Source: Burkholderiaceae bacterium (lineage in GTDB: Bacteria; Pseudomonadota; Gammaproteobacteria; Burkholderiales; Burkholderiaceae_E). From it: DNA of 64,000 nt. Numbering within the stretch: the stretch's first letter is position 1; each line of letters begins with the position of its first letter. The stretch is from NCBI GenBank assembly GCA_041396585.1, contig JAWKYG010000007.1:39318-103317 (forward strand), given 5' to 3'. Made by a program: the position numbers and the translations under genes. Below are positions 36,296 through 44,918 of the stretch, one piece after another. The notes beneath the pieces are model-generated. The model was not told where the DNA came from. It was given only the letters and a program-made list of their open reading frames with translations, and ran no database searches.

Positions 36296-37926
36296 CGACC
36301 TACGCTATGTCCGCGTCCGGCCGTGCGGGTCTTCGCCTCGGCTTCGCCTGCGGTTCGGCGCGCCTGGATCGCTATCCCGCGGATCTGCTGATGCGTCTGG
36401 CAGCTCATACCGATTGGCAGCCGGACACCTTGATCATCGCACCGGACGAGCACGCATCGTCTCCCGGCTGGCTAAGCCGCGCCGTGAGCGTTCTTGGTCG
36501 GCGCATGCTGGCCGCCGAGCATGCCATGTTGCGCCGCCTGCCGCCGGGTCTTGCCGGTCTGGGTTGGCGAGCCAATGCCTTGCGCCAAGGCGAAACCGAT
36601 GTGGCGCGGCTGTTTGCCCACGTGGTGCAGACCGCACAAAGGGGGGCAGTCGCTCATCCAGATACAGCCTGCGGCGGATCGCCCGCGCTGATCATCACGT
36701 TCGAGCGCCGGACATGGGCGCGTCTGCGTGATCAGTTCGCCGATGCACACTGGTTGTTGGTCGAGCCTTGCGTTCCCGCCGCGACGGCGGGGATGGCGGG
36801 ATTCGATGCTGTGAGTGCGGGGGTCGATCGAACCGAGTTTCGGATTTACCTGGCAGAGCCGGGGGCCGGACAGCCCGAGCTGCTTCTGGCGGGAGGCAAT
36901 CGCACGAAGCTGCTTTTCTCGCTCAATCAGGCGGCGCTCTGGGATCGCATTGGGTCCTCGTTGCAGACCCTGCTCAAGAACGGCATGCCGCGGCCCGCGA
37001 GTGCGTCGACCGTCCGGTCAGCGCACGGCAATCGGCCTGAGCCGACGCCGTTCGCCGATCTCGCGCGGCTGCTACGCTATCCGCTCGGCGCGGCTATGCG
37101 CGTTGCCAGGATCGTCCTGGGTCGCCGGCAGTGGTCGGTGGTGATCGGAGAGGGGGATCCGCTGGATCCGCGCGCCCGCGTGCTCGCGCATCTGCAGGCG
37201 GGGCCCGGGCGCTTCTACGCAGATCCGCAGTTGATCCGTTCGCCCGATGGGCGGCTGCATTGCTTCGTCGAGGAGTTCGATGACGCGCTGGGCAGGGCCC
37301 GGATCGCGGTGCTGGCCGAGCAGTCCGACCGGAGCTGGCGACGACTCGGTGTGGCGCTCGAGGAGCCGCATCATCTTTCTTTCCCGTTCCTGTTTCACTA
37401 TCAGGACGAACTGTTCATGTGCCCCGAGGCATTCACCAGCAACCGGATCACGGTGTATCGCTGTGTGGAGTTTCCGCTGCGCTGGGAGGCCGCCTCGGTG
37501 ATCATGGACGACATCTGTGCGGCCGACAGCATGCTGATCGAGCATGGCGGCAAGTGGTGGTTGCTGACCAATGTGGACAACGGCCTGGCCCCCGATCACC
37601 AGGCCGAGTTGCATGTCTTTCATGCCGATTCACCGCTGAGCACGGACTGGCAGCCGTTGGCGGGTAATCCGGTCAAGGTCGATCCGCGAGGTGGGCGCAA
37701 TGGCGGCTACTTCGTGGCCGATGATGTCTTGTATCGCTGTGGGCAATGTCATTCCATCGATGCCTACGGTAAGGGCCTGATGATTCATCGCGTCACCGGA
37801 CTCGATGCCGACCAGTATCGCGAGGAGGCCGTCGCCGAGCTGCAGATTCCGGCAGCGCTGCGCGGTTTCGGTACCCACACGCTGTCGGTTTGCGGACGTC
37901 AGTTCGCGATCGACATGCTGCGCTAA
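36292..37926 (+). CDS. hypothetical two-domain protein; C-terminal domain resembles the bacterial GINT1-like / GH43-like beta-propeller family found in polysaccharide loci
   Basis: Internal ATG of ORF 36193..37926 with an ATGA overlap on the upstream gene. The C-terminal 260 aa read FYADPQLIRSPDGRLHCFVEEFD...HLSFPFLFHYQDELFMCPEAFTSNRITVYRC..FPLRWE...AADSMLIEHGGKWWLLTNV. Confidence 0.55.
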   Translation: MTTYAMSASGRAGLRLGFACGSARLDRYPADLLMRLAAHTDWQPDTLIIAPDEHASSPGWLSRAVSVLGRRMLAAEHAMLRRLPPGLAGLGWRANALRQGETDVARLFAHVVQTAQRGAVAHPDTACGGSPALIITFERRTWARLRDQFADAHWLLVEPCVPAATAGMAGFDAVSAGVDRTEFRIYLAEPGAGQPELLLAGGNRTKLLFSLNQAALWDRIGSSLQTLLKNGMPRPASASTVRSAHGNRPEPTPFADLARLLRYPLGAAMRVARIVLGRRQWSVVIGEGDPLDPRARVLAHLQAGPGRFYADPQLIRSPDGRLHCFVEEFDDALGRARIAVLAEQSDRSWRRLGVALEEPHHLSFPFLFHYQDELFMCPEAFTSNRITVYRCVEFPLRWEAASVIMDDICAADSMLIEHGGKWWLLTNVDNGLAPDHQAELHVFHADSPLSTDWQPLAGNPVKVDPRGGRNGGYFVADDVLYRCGQCHSIDAYGKGLMIHRVTGLDADQYREEAVAELQIPAALRGFGTHTLSVCGRQFAIDMLR

Positions 37927-37937
37927 GGAGAGGGCCG

Positions 37938-40004
37938 GTGTGCGGATTCGTCGGCTTTCTCGGCCGGATACCAGGCTCGGCGCGCGACCTGCTTGGCCCG
38001 GCCTCGTGTGCACTGGATCACCGCGGGCCGGATGACATCGGGCTCTGGCATGACACCGATGCGGGCATAGCGCTCGCACATCGGCGGCTGTCGGTGATCG
38101 ATCTGTCGGCGGCGGGATTGCAGCCGATGGCTTCGCACTGCGGCCGCTTCGTGATTGCCTACAACGGCGAAATCTACAACCACCGCGAGCTGCGCGCATC
38201 GCTGGATGAGGAAGACCGTCTGGCGCCGGATCTCTCTGCGCGACCCGTGCGCCGCTGGCGCGGCGGTTCAGACACGGAGACGCTGCTGGCGGCGATCTCG
38301 CGCTGGGGCATCGAGCGCGCCTTGACGCGGTCGATCGGCATGTTCGCCTTCGCGCTCTGGGATCGAGAACTGCGCACCTTGACACTGGCTCGCGACCGCA
38401 TGGGCGAGAAGCCGCTCTACTATGGCTGGGTCGGCGCCGGCCTGGCCTTTGCATCGGAGTTGAAGGCCTTGCGTGCGATGCCCGGCTTCTCGGCAGGGAT
38501 CGACACCCCGGCGCTGGCTGCCTACATGGCGCAGGCTTCCGGCACGGTAGCAGCGCCACAATCGATCTACCAGGGCATCCGCAAGCTGATGCCGGGCGGC
38601 ACGATTGTGCTTCGGCAAGGCGACGTCGACGCGCGCCGGCTGCCCGCACCCGCGGCCTATTGGTCGCTGACCCAGGTCATCAGGCAGGCTCGCCGCGACC
38701 CGCTACGTGAAACATCACCCAAAGGGGCGGTCGATCTCGTCGATGAAGCGCTCGGCGAAGCGGTGGGATCTCAGATGCTTGCCGATGTGCCGCTGGGCGC
38801 CTTCCTGTCGGGTGGGGTGGATTCCTCGCTGATCGTGGCCATGATGCAAAGGCGCTCTGCCGGGCCGGTGAGTACCTTCTCGATCGGATTTCACGATGCC
38901 CGCTACGATGAATCCGCCCATGCGAGGGCCGTGGCCGCGCATCTGGGCACGAAGCATCATCAGCTGATCGTCGACGAGCGGGTGGCCCGCGATGTGATTC
39001 CGGAACTCGGGTCGATCTTCTGTGAGCCGTTTGCCGATCGGTCGCAGATTCCGACTGTGCTGGTCAGCCGGCTGGCGCGCCGCGAGGTCACCGTCTGTCT
39101 CAGCGGAGATGGCGGCGACGAGCTGTTCGGCGGCTATCGGCGCTACCGCGACGTGGATCGAATCTGGCATAGACGGGCTGCGTGGCCGGCGGCCCTCGCC
39201 CGTCTTGGCGCGGGCGGCCTGGGCATGATCGGTGCTGAACGGCTCTCTAGTATGCTCATGCCGATCGCCGGCATGTTGCCTGCGGTCATGCGCAAGCTCG
39301 CCGACCCTGCCGTGTCCGCGCAACTCGGTGCGTTGCTGCGAAGTGAGCGGCTCGATGCCTTTTATGCGAGCTCGCTCGCATCCTCGTGGCCATCGCGACT
39401 GGTCTGCGCGGCTGAGCATCGGGCGACGGCCGATCATGCCGCCGCCATGCCCGGTCTCGATGGCATGGAGGCCATGATGGCCGCCGATCAGACCGGCTAT
39501 CTGCCGAACACGATTCTCACCAAGGTCGACCGTGCGGCCATGTCTGCCAGCCTCGAAAGCCGGATTCCGATGCTGGATGTGCGCGTGGTCGAGCTGGCCT
39601 GGCGCTTGCCGCGCGCGGCCCTGTTTGCCCAGGGGGAGGGGAAATGGGTGTTGCGTCGCCTGCTCGACCGCTATGTGCCGGCACATCTGACCCACCGCCC
39701 GAAGCAGGGCTTCGGCGTGCCGATCGATCAATGGCTGCGCGGGCCGCTGCGCGACTGGGCGCAGGCCCTGCTCGAGCCGGGGTACCTGCGCCGTCAGGGG
39801 CTTTTCGACGAAACGATGGTCACCCGGCGCTGGCGAGAGCATCTCGATGGGCGATTCGATTGGCAGTTCGATCTCTGGACGCTGCTGATGTTCCAGGCCT
39901 GGTACGAGACCTGGATGAAGCCCGGTGCATGCCAGCATGACGCGCACCGTGCGCCGCGACTGGTCGAGACCGATCCCGGTCACGGCGATCGGGCGCTCGC
40001 CTGA
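37938..40004 (+). CDS. asnB: asparagine synthase (glutamine-hydrolysing) family amidotransferase, EPS-locus type
   Basis: ORF 37890..40004. GTG at 37938 follows RBS AAGGAGAG and gives (M)CGFVGF, the N-terminal nucleophile Cys. The PP-loop reads FLSGGVDSSLIVAMM. Confidence 0.9.
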   Translation: MCGFVGFLGRIPGSARDLLGPASCALDHRGPDDIGLWHDTDAGIALAHRRLSVIDLSAAGLQPMASHCGRFVIAYNGEIYNHRELRASLDEEDRLAPDLSARPVRRWRGGSDTETLLAAISRWGIERALTRSIGMFAFALWDRELRTLTLARDRMGEKPLYYGWVGAGLAFASELKALRAMPGFSAGIDTPALAAYMAQASGTVAAPQSIYQGIRKLMPGGTIVLRQGDVDARRLPAPAAYWSLTQVIRQARRDPLRETSPKGAVDLVDEALGEAVGSQMLADVPLGAFLSGGVDSSLIVAMMQRRSAGPVSTFSIGFHDARYDESAHARAVAAHLGTKHHQLIVDERVARDVIPELGSIFCEPFADRSQIPTVLVSRLARREVTVCLSGDGGDELFGGYRRYRDVDRIWHRRAAWPAALARLGAGGLGMIGAERLSSMLMPIAGMLPAVMRKLADPAVSAQLGALLRSERLDAFYASSLASSWPSRLVCAAEHRATADHAAAMPGLDGMEAMMAADQTGYLPNTILTKVDRAAMSASLESRIPMLDVRVVELAWRLPRAALFAQGEGKWVLRRLLDRYVPAHLTHRPKQGFGVPIDQWLRGPLRDWAQALLEPGYLRRQGLFDETMVTRRWREHLDGRFDWQFDLWTLLMFQAWYETWMKPGACQHDAHRAPRLVETDPGHGDRALA

Positions 40005-40008
40005 GGCA

Positions 40009-41199
40009 ATGCACATGGACTCGGCCATTGCCCTTTCGGCCAACGCCAGCCACGCGTTGGCGTCTCAGTCCGTGGTGATCCTGATCACCCATCTCGGTGC
40101 CGGTGGCGCCGAGCGTACCGCCACACGTCTGGCCGATCACTTCGCGCGCGGGGGAAACCAGGTCACCCTGCTGACACTCGATCCGCAGGTCGCAGACTTC
40201 TATCCGGTTTCGGCCGGTGTCGGGCGGCATTGTCTGGCCATGGGCGGTGCGTCCGAGGGCGTCGGCCGGGCAGCGCTGGCCAATCTGCGTCGAGTATGGG
40301 TGCTGCGTCGGCATTTGCGCAGATTGCGCGCCGACGTGGTCGTTGCATTGACCACCGAGTGCGCCGTGCTCGCCATCATCGCCGGGTTTGGTCGTTCTGT
40401 ACGTGTGATCGCCGCCGAGCGCAACTACCCGCCCGGCCTGCGTATCAACCGGCTCTGGCACCGGCTGCGACGTTGCGTGTATCGATATGCCGACGCGGTC
40501 GTGGTTCAGAGTGAGCCTGCCCGCCGGTGGGTACAGAAGTACACGGGCGCGCAACACACGCGGGTGATTCCGAATGCGGTGGCGTTGCCGTTGCAGGCGG
40601 ATGCCCGGTCGGTTTGCGCGCGCGAGCTGTTGGCCGATGAGCGCCGGCTGCTGCTCGCGGTCGGCCGCCTGACTCCGCAGAAAGGCTTCATGCATCTGAT
40701 CGATGCGTTTGCCCGCCTCGCACCCGCACATCCCGACTGGACATTGGTCATCCTGGGCGAAGGCGGTCAGCGCCAGACACTGCAGGCCCGCATCGACAGC
40801 CTGTCGATGCATGATCGCATCTTGCTACCCGGTGTGGTCGGCAATCCGCAACACTGGTACGGGCGCGCCGATCTGTTCGTGCTCAGCTCGCATTTCGAGG
40901 GCTTTCCGAATGTGTTGCTCGAGGCCATGGCCTGCGGGTGCGCCGCGGTCAGCTACGACTGTCCGACAGGCCCGCGCGAGATCATCGAGGCGGGCGTCAA
41001 TGGCCTGCTGGTACAACCCGTGGGCGATGTCGATGCGCTAGCGTCGGCGATCGGCGCCTTGATGGCCGACGATGCCGGCCGTCAGGCCATGGCGGCCTGC
41101 GCAGCGAGTTCCGTGCTGGCACGCTATGCGCCGGATCGGGTGTTCGCGTTGTGGGACCAGCTTGTGCAACCACGGTCGGCGCCGCCGGTGCGCGCATGA
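40009..41199 (+). CDS. GT4-family glycosyltransferase
   Basis: Internal Met of ORF 39925..41199. It reads VVILITHLGAGGAERTATRLADHF...LLAVGRLTPQKGFMHLIDAF...VLSSHFEGFPNVLLEAMACGCAAVSYDCPTGPREII. Confidence 0.85.
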   Translation: MHMDSAIALSANASHALASQSVVILITHLGAGGAERTATRLADHFARGGNQVTLLTLDPQVADFYPVSAGVGRHCLAMGGASEGVGRAALANLRRVWVLRRHLRRLRADVVVALTTECAVLAIIAGFGRSVRVIAAERNYPPGLRINRLWHRLRRCVYRYADAVVVQSEPARRWVQKYTGAQHTRVIPNAVALPLQADARSVCARELLADERRLLLAVGRLTPQKGFMHLIDAFARLAPAHPDWTLVILGEGGQRQTLQARIDSLSMHDRILLPGVVGNPQHWYGRADLFVLSSHFEGFPNVLLEAMACGCAAVSYDCPTGPREIIEAGVNGLLVQPVGDVDALASAIGALMADDAGRQAMAACAASSVLARYAPDRVFALWDQLVQPRSAPPVRA

Positions 41200-42428
41200 T
41201 GATGACACCGATGGCCGGTGTGCAGGGTGCGCGGCGGGTGGCGCGTGCTGCCTGGCTGGCCGATGTCGCGATCGGGCTTGTGCTGTTGCTGGCATTTCTC
41301 GACCTGCCGAACTACCTGGCTGCCTTGAATCCCGATTTTCAACCGAAGCGTCTGTACTTCCTGATGGCCGGCGTCTGTGTCGTGCATCTGGCTGTCTCGC
41401 GGCGCTTTTCGCTGCGCGAATCCCGACCAGGACTTTTGATGCTGTTGCTCGTCTACATGCTGGTCAATGTGATGCATGCTGCCCTGGGCACTCATGTGGC
41501 GGGATCGGATGCTGCGCGCGAGGCCTGGTTCCGCATCCAGATCGTGGTCTTGAGTATTCTGCTCGCGTGGTCGGCCTCGACGCTGAGCGCGCAGACCCTG
41601 GCGCGCCTGTTTGCCGGCTGCGCGCTGCTGGTCGCGCTGACGGTGGCTTTCGACTTCGTTGTACCCGGCGTGCTTTATCCGCATTCCGCCGAGGGCGCGG
41701 TGCCGGGGCGGGCGGCGGGCATTCTGGTGAACTCGACCCGCACCGGTGAAGTACTGATCCTGACCACGCTTTTGGCGCTCCCTGTGCTCGATCCCCGGCG
41801 TCGTCTGTGGCTGATGCTGATCGTGGGCGCCTCGGTTCTGATGACGCTGTCGCGGGGTGCGATCACGATCTGGATCCTGGTCTATGTGGCACTTGCGGCC
41901 AGCGCCTGGCTGCCGCGAGCGTCTCTTGGTGTACTGGCGACCTTGATCGCGGTGATGTTGTCATCGGCCGGGCTGCTGGTGGCCTATCAGGCCAGCCTGA
42001 ACCCCGCCGCCGACGTGGCCGATCTCAGCCAGCGCCTGGGATTCTTCTCCGGCGACGTCCCTACCGATGACAGCGCCGTCGAGCGCACCTTGGTGTTCAT
42101 CGACGGTCTGAAGCTGTTTGCGCAGAACTGGCTGTTCGGTGCCGGTGTGGGCGCAACCCAGGTGTGGCAACATGCCGTCGGGCCACACAATCAGTTCGTT
42201 CTGATGGCTGCCGAATACGGTTTGATCGGCGCGCTTGGGTGGCTGGGGCTGATCGTGTTCGTGGTGTCGGGCGGCTATTTCGGCGTGCGCTCCTTGCAGT
42301 GGGTGGCGGCGGCGGTGGTCGTGCTGTTTTCGGGGTTGATGCACGGCATGCTCGATTTCCCTTTCTGGATCGTCGCCCTGATGCTGATCGCCTCGCGACC
42401 TCATCGGGCAGATTTCAGCTCGCGGTAG
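41196..42428 (+). CDS. O-antigen ligase/polymerase-like (Wzy_C) membrane protein
   Basis: Internal ATG of ORF 40938..42428 with an ATGA overlap on the upstream GT. It has about 10 TM segments, SVLMTLSRGAITIWILVY, and the periplasmic loop GAGVGATQVWQHAVGPHNQFVLMAAEYGLIGAL. Confidence 0.8.
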   Translation: MMMTPMAGVQGARRVARAAWLADVAIGLVLLLAFLDLPNYLAALNPDFQPKRLYFLMAGVCVVHLAVSRRFSLRESRPGLLMLLLVYMLVNVMHAALGTHVAGSDAAREAWFRIQIVVLSILLAWSASTLSAQTLARLFAGCALLVALTVAFDFVVPGVLYPHSAEGAVPGRAAGILVNSTRTGEVLILTTLLALPVLDPRRRLWLMLIVGASVLMTLSRGAITIWILVYVALAASAWLPRASLGVLATLIAVMLSSAGLLVAYQASLNPAADVADLSQRLGFFSGDVPTDDSAVERTLVFIDGLKLFAQNWLFGAGVGATQVWQHAVGPHNQFVLMAAEYGLIGALGWLGLIVFVVSGGYFGVRSLQWVAAAVVVLFSGLMHGMLDFPFWIVALMLIASRPHRADFSSR

Positions 42429-43551
42429 CGGAAAGTCGATCGAACAGCGCCTCATAGCGGGCGATCACGGCTGGCAGTGCAATCTCGCTGACATCGATCG
42501 CCGCCAGCCCGGCCTGCGGATCCTGGCAGTGGCGTTCGATCGCTCGCGCCAGTGAACCGGCGTCAACGGCGTCGGCCAGGCGAACCCCGCCAAAGCGCTG
42601 TGCGATCTCGCGCAGTCCCCCCGGGGCGGGCGTGGCGATCACGGGCTTGTTTAGGGCAAGGGCCTCGAGCACCACATTGGGCAGGCCTTCGTAGCGAGAG
42701 CTCGAGATCAGCGCATCGGCGCGGGCGATGAAGGCATACGGATTCGCCTGATAGCCCAGGAAACTCACCCGCGAGCGGATTCCGAGTGCCTCGGACAGAG
42801 CCATCAGGCGCCCCAGTTCGTCCCCCTGACCGATGATTGCCAGCCGGACGCTGTCGAGCGGAATCTGGGCAATCGCACGCAGCAACAGATCGAAGCCCTT
42901 TTGCGGCGCGAGCCGGCCGATGGCCAGCAGACGTCGCGTGGGTCGCGTTGGCGCCCCCGGCGCAGTTTCCCAGGCTGCCACCCCGGTCGGCATCGGCGCG
43001 CTCGCGAGCGCACGAATGCGCGGCCCGTCGACCGGATTGTGAATCACGCTGGTGCGCTCGGGGGGAAAGCGGAAATTCACGATCAGATCGTCATGCATGT
43101 CGGCTGACTGGCAGACGACATGGTCCAGCTGGCGGTAGCAGTGACGATAGAGCAGATCGGTCATCGCGCCCATCGGCGTATCCGCGTTGATACTGCTGAC
43201 CACATTCGATTCGCGCGCCATCACGATCAGTTTCCGAGGTAGCAGGCGGCGCACACTGGCCAGCGCGAGATTCAGGTGACCGATGCCGCCAAAGAGAATG
43301 TCTGGCCGTTGTTCATGCACCAGACGAATCAGCGGCCTGATCCCGTTGCGGACTCTGGCGCAAGACAGTGAGATCAGTTCGACATCGTCGGCCACGAGTT
43401 CCCGGGCGCGTTCATCGATCTCTCCCAGCACGATCAGACTCGGCTCGAAGCGTGCCCGGTCGAGGTGTCTGGTGAGCGCCAGAACGATCCGCTCGGCGCC
43501 ACCATCGGGGACCAGCATCGGCAGCACGAAGGCGATTCGGCGCTTGCTCAT
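42415..43551 (-). CDS. GT4-family glycosyltransferase
   Basis: Internal Met of ORF 42415..43638 begins MSKRRIAFVLPMLVPDGGAERIVLALTRHL...LLAIGRLAPQKGFDLLLRA...ISSSRYEGLPNVVLEALALNKPVIATPAPGGLREI. Confidence 0.85.
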   Translation of the reverse strand: MSKRRIAFVLPMLVPDGGAERIVLALTRHLDRARFEPSLIVLGEIDERARELVADDVELISLSCARVRNGIRPLIRLVHEQRPDILFGGIGHLNLALASVRRLLPRKLIVMARESNVVSSINADTPMGAMTDLLYRHCYRQLDHVVCQSADMHDDLIVNFRFPPERTSVIHNPVDGPRIRALASAPMPTGVAAWETAPGAPTRPTRRLLAIGRLAPQKGFDLLLRAIAQIPLDSVRLAIIGQGDELGRLMALSEALGIRSRVSFLGYQANPYAFIARADALISSSRYEGLPNVVLEALALNKPVIATPAPGGLREIAQRFGGVRLADAVDAGSLARAIERHCQDPQAGLAAIDVSEIALPAVIARYEALFDRLSATAS

Positions 43552-43616
43552 GGTCGTCAGCGGCTTGCGCCTTCCGGGAGGACGGGCAGACCAGGCTCGT
43601 TGTCCTGCGCGGGCTC

Positions 43617-44918
43617 CTAGCGCTGCAGCAGCCACCACATCAATACGAATGAGGCGGTCAGGACGATCGCGGTCGCCAGCGTGATGCCGGGCACCCCGAT
43701 CACGGGCGCCAGCAGCGCATTCAGGCCCAGTTTGGCCAGCAGATTGAATACGCCGCTGGCGGCCACGACCGCGTAGCGGCGCTGGCTGAGCAGGGCCTGC
43801 ACCACCACCATGGCTGCCGCGAACCCAGGAAGCTGAAAGACACCCCCAGCGCAGCGCCCAGCGGTGCGCGCCGTGGCCTCAGCGTCGAAGCTGCCGCGTT
43901 CGAATGCGATCTGCACCAGCCAAGGCGCCAGCAGCCAGATCAGCAAGGCGAGCACAAGGCCGATGGCGAACGCACCCGCAGCGAACCGGTTCACGAGTTG
44001 GCGCAGATGCGCATAATCGTGTTGCGCCGAAAGTTCCGAGAAGATCGGCAGCAGGCTGCGGGCGATGGCCAGTGACGCCAGCGTGGCCGGCAGCATCAAC
44101 AGCCGCGTTGCGTAGCCCAGGGTGGCCACGCTGCCCTGGCCGAGCTGGCTCGCCGGAAACCGGTCTGCGACCATGAGCGAGCCCGCGCAGACATTGCCCA
44201 CCACCACGATCACGGAGGCGTTGGCCAACTCCCGGCCAACCCTGGGAACTGAGAGAGAATCGAGGCGACAGTCGCTGGCCATCGATTCTCATCAACGCGA
44301 TCGCAGCGGCCGCGTACAACGCATAATGATCGCGGTTGCCGCGCTGAGGCCGGCGAGCGAGGGCCGTGCGCTGCCAACGAGGTAGAGGATGATCGTCATC
44401 GGCGGTAGTGCCTCGAGCAATACATTGCCATGGCGATGGGTGTTGATCAGGCGTGCGGAACAATAGGCCGCGACGAAGGCGGCCGGAACCAGCCAGGCCA
44501 GGATCGGCAGGGTCTGGCCGAGCATCCGGGTATGCGTCGGCGAACCGAGACCGCTCCAGGTCTGCACGGCGGGTGCCGCGGCGGTCAGCAGCGCGATCAC
44601 GCACCCCAGGATCAGAGTCAGCGCGGCGAATTCGTCGAAGAACAGGCGGCCCTGGGCGTCGCCGCGGCTGATGCAGTTTGCGCCCGATCGGGATCAACGT
44701 GGCCATCGTGATGCTGACAAAGATCCCAGGTAGCCAGATCGCCCAGGTGTAGCCCAGCACATACGCATCCGCCGCCACGCCGACCCCGACCGCGGGGCCA
44801 GCGTGAGCTCCTTGGCAAAGGCGACGAACTTGGTCAGCAGCCCGAATGCCAGGATGACGAGGGCACCGATGCCCGCCTTCCTGGTGGCGCTGGCAGGATC
44901 TCGATCGAGCTTGTTCAT
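43617..44918 (-). pseudogene. MurJ/MviN-like MOP-superfamily flippase, at least 5 frameshifts
   Basis: Fragments are MNKLDRDPASATRKAGIGALVILAFGLLTKFVAFAKELTLA, AADAYVLGYTWAIWLPGIFVSITMATLIPIG, IALLTAAAPAVQTWSGLGSPTHTRMLGQTLPILAWLVPAAFVAAYCSARLINTHRHGNVLLEALPP, and ORF 43617..44282 (LGYATRLLMLPATLASLAIARSLLPIFSEL...GVPGITLATAIVLTASFVLMWWLL). Confidence 0.7.
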
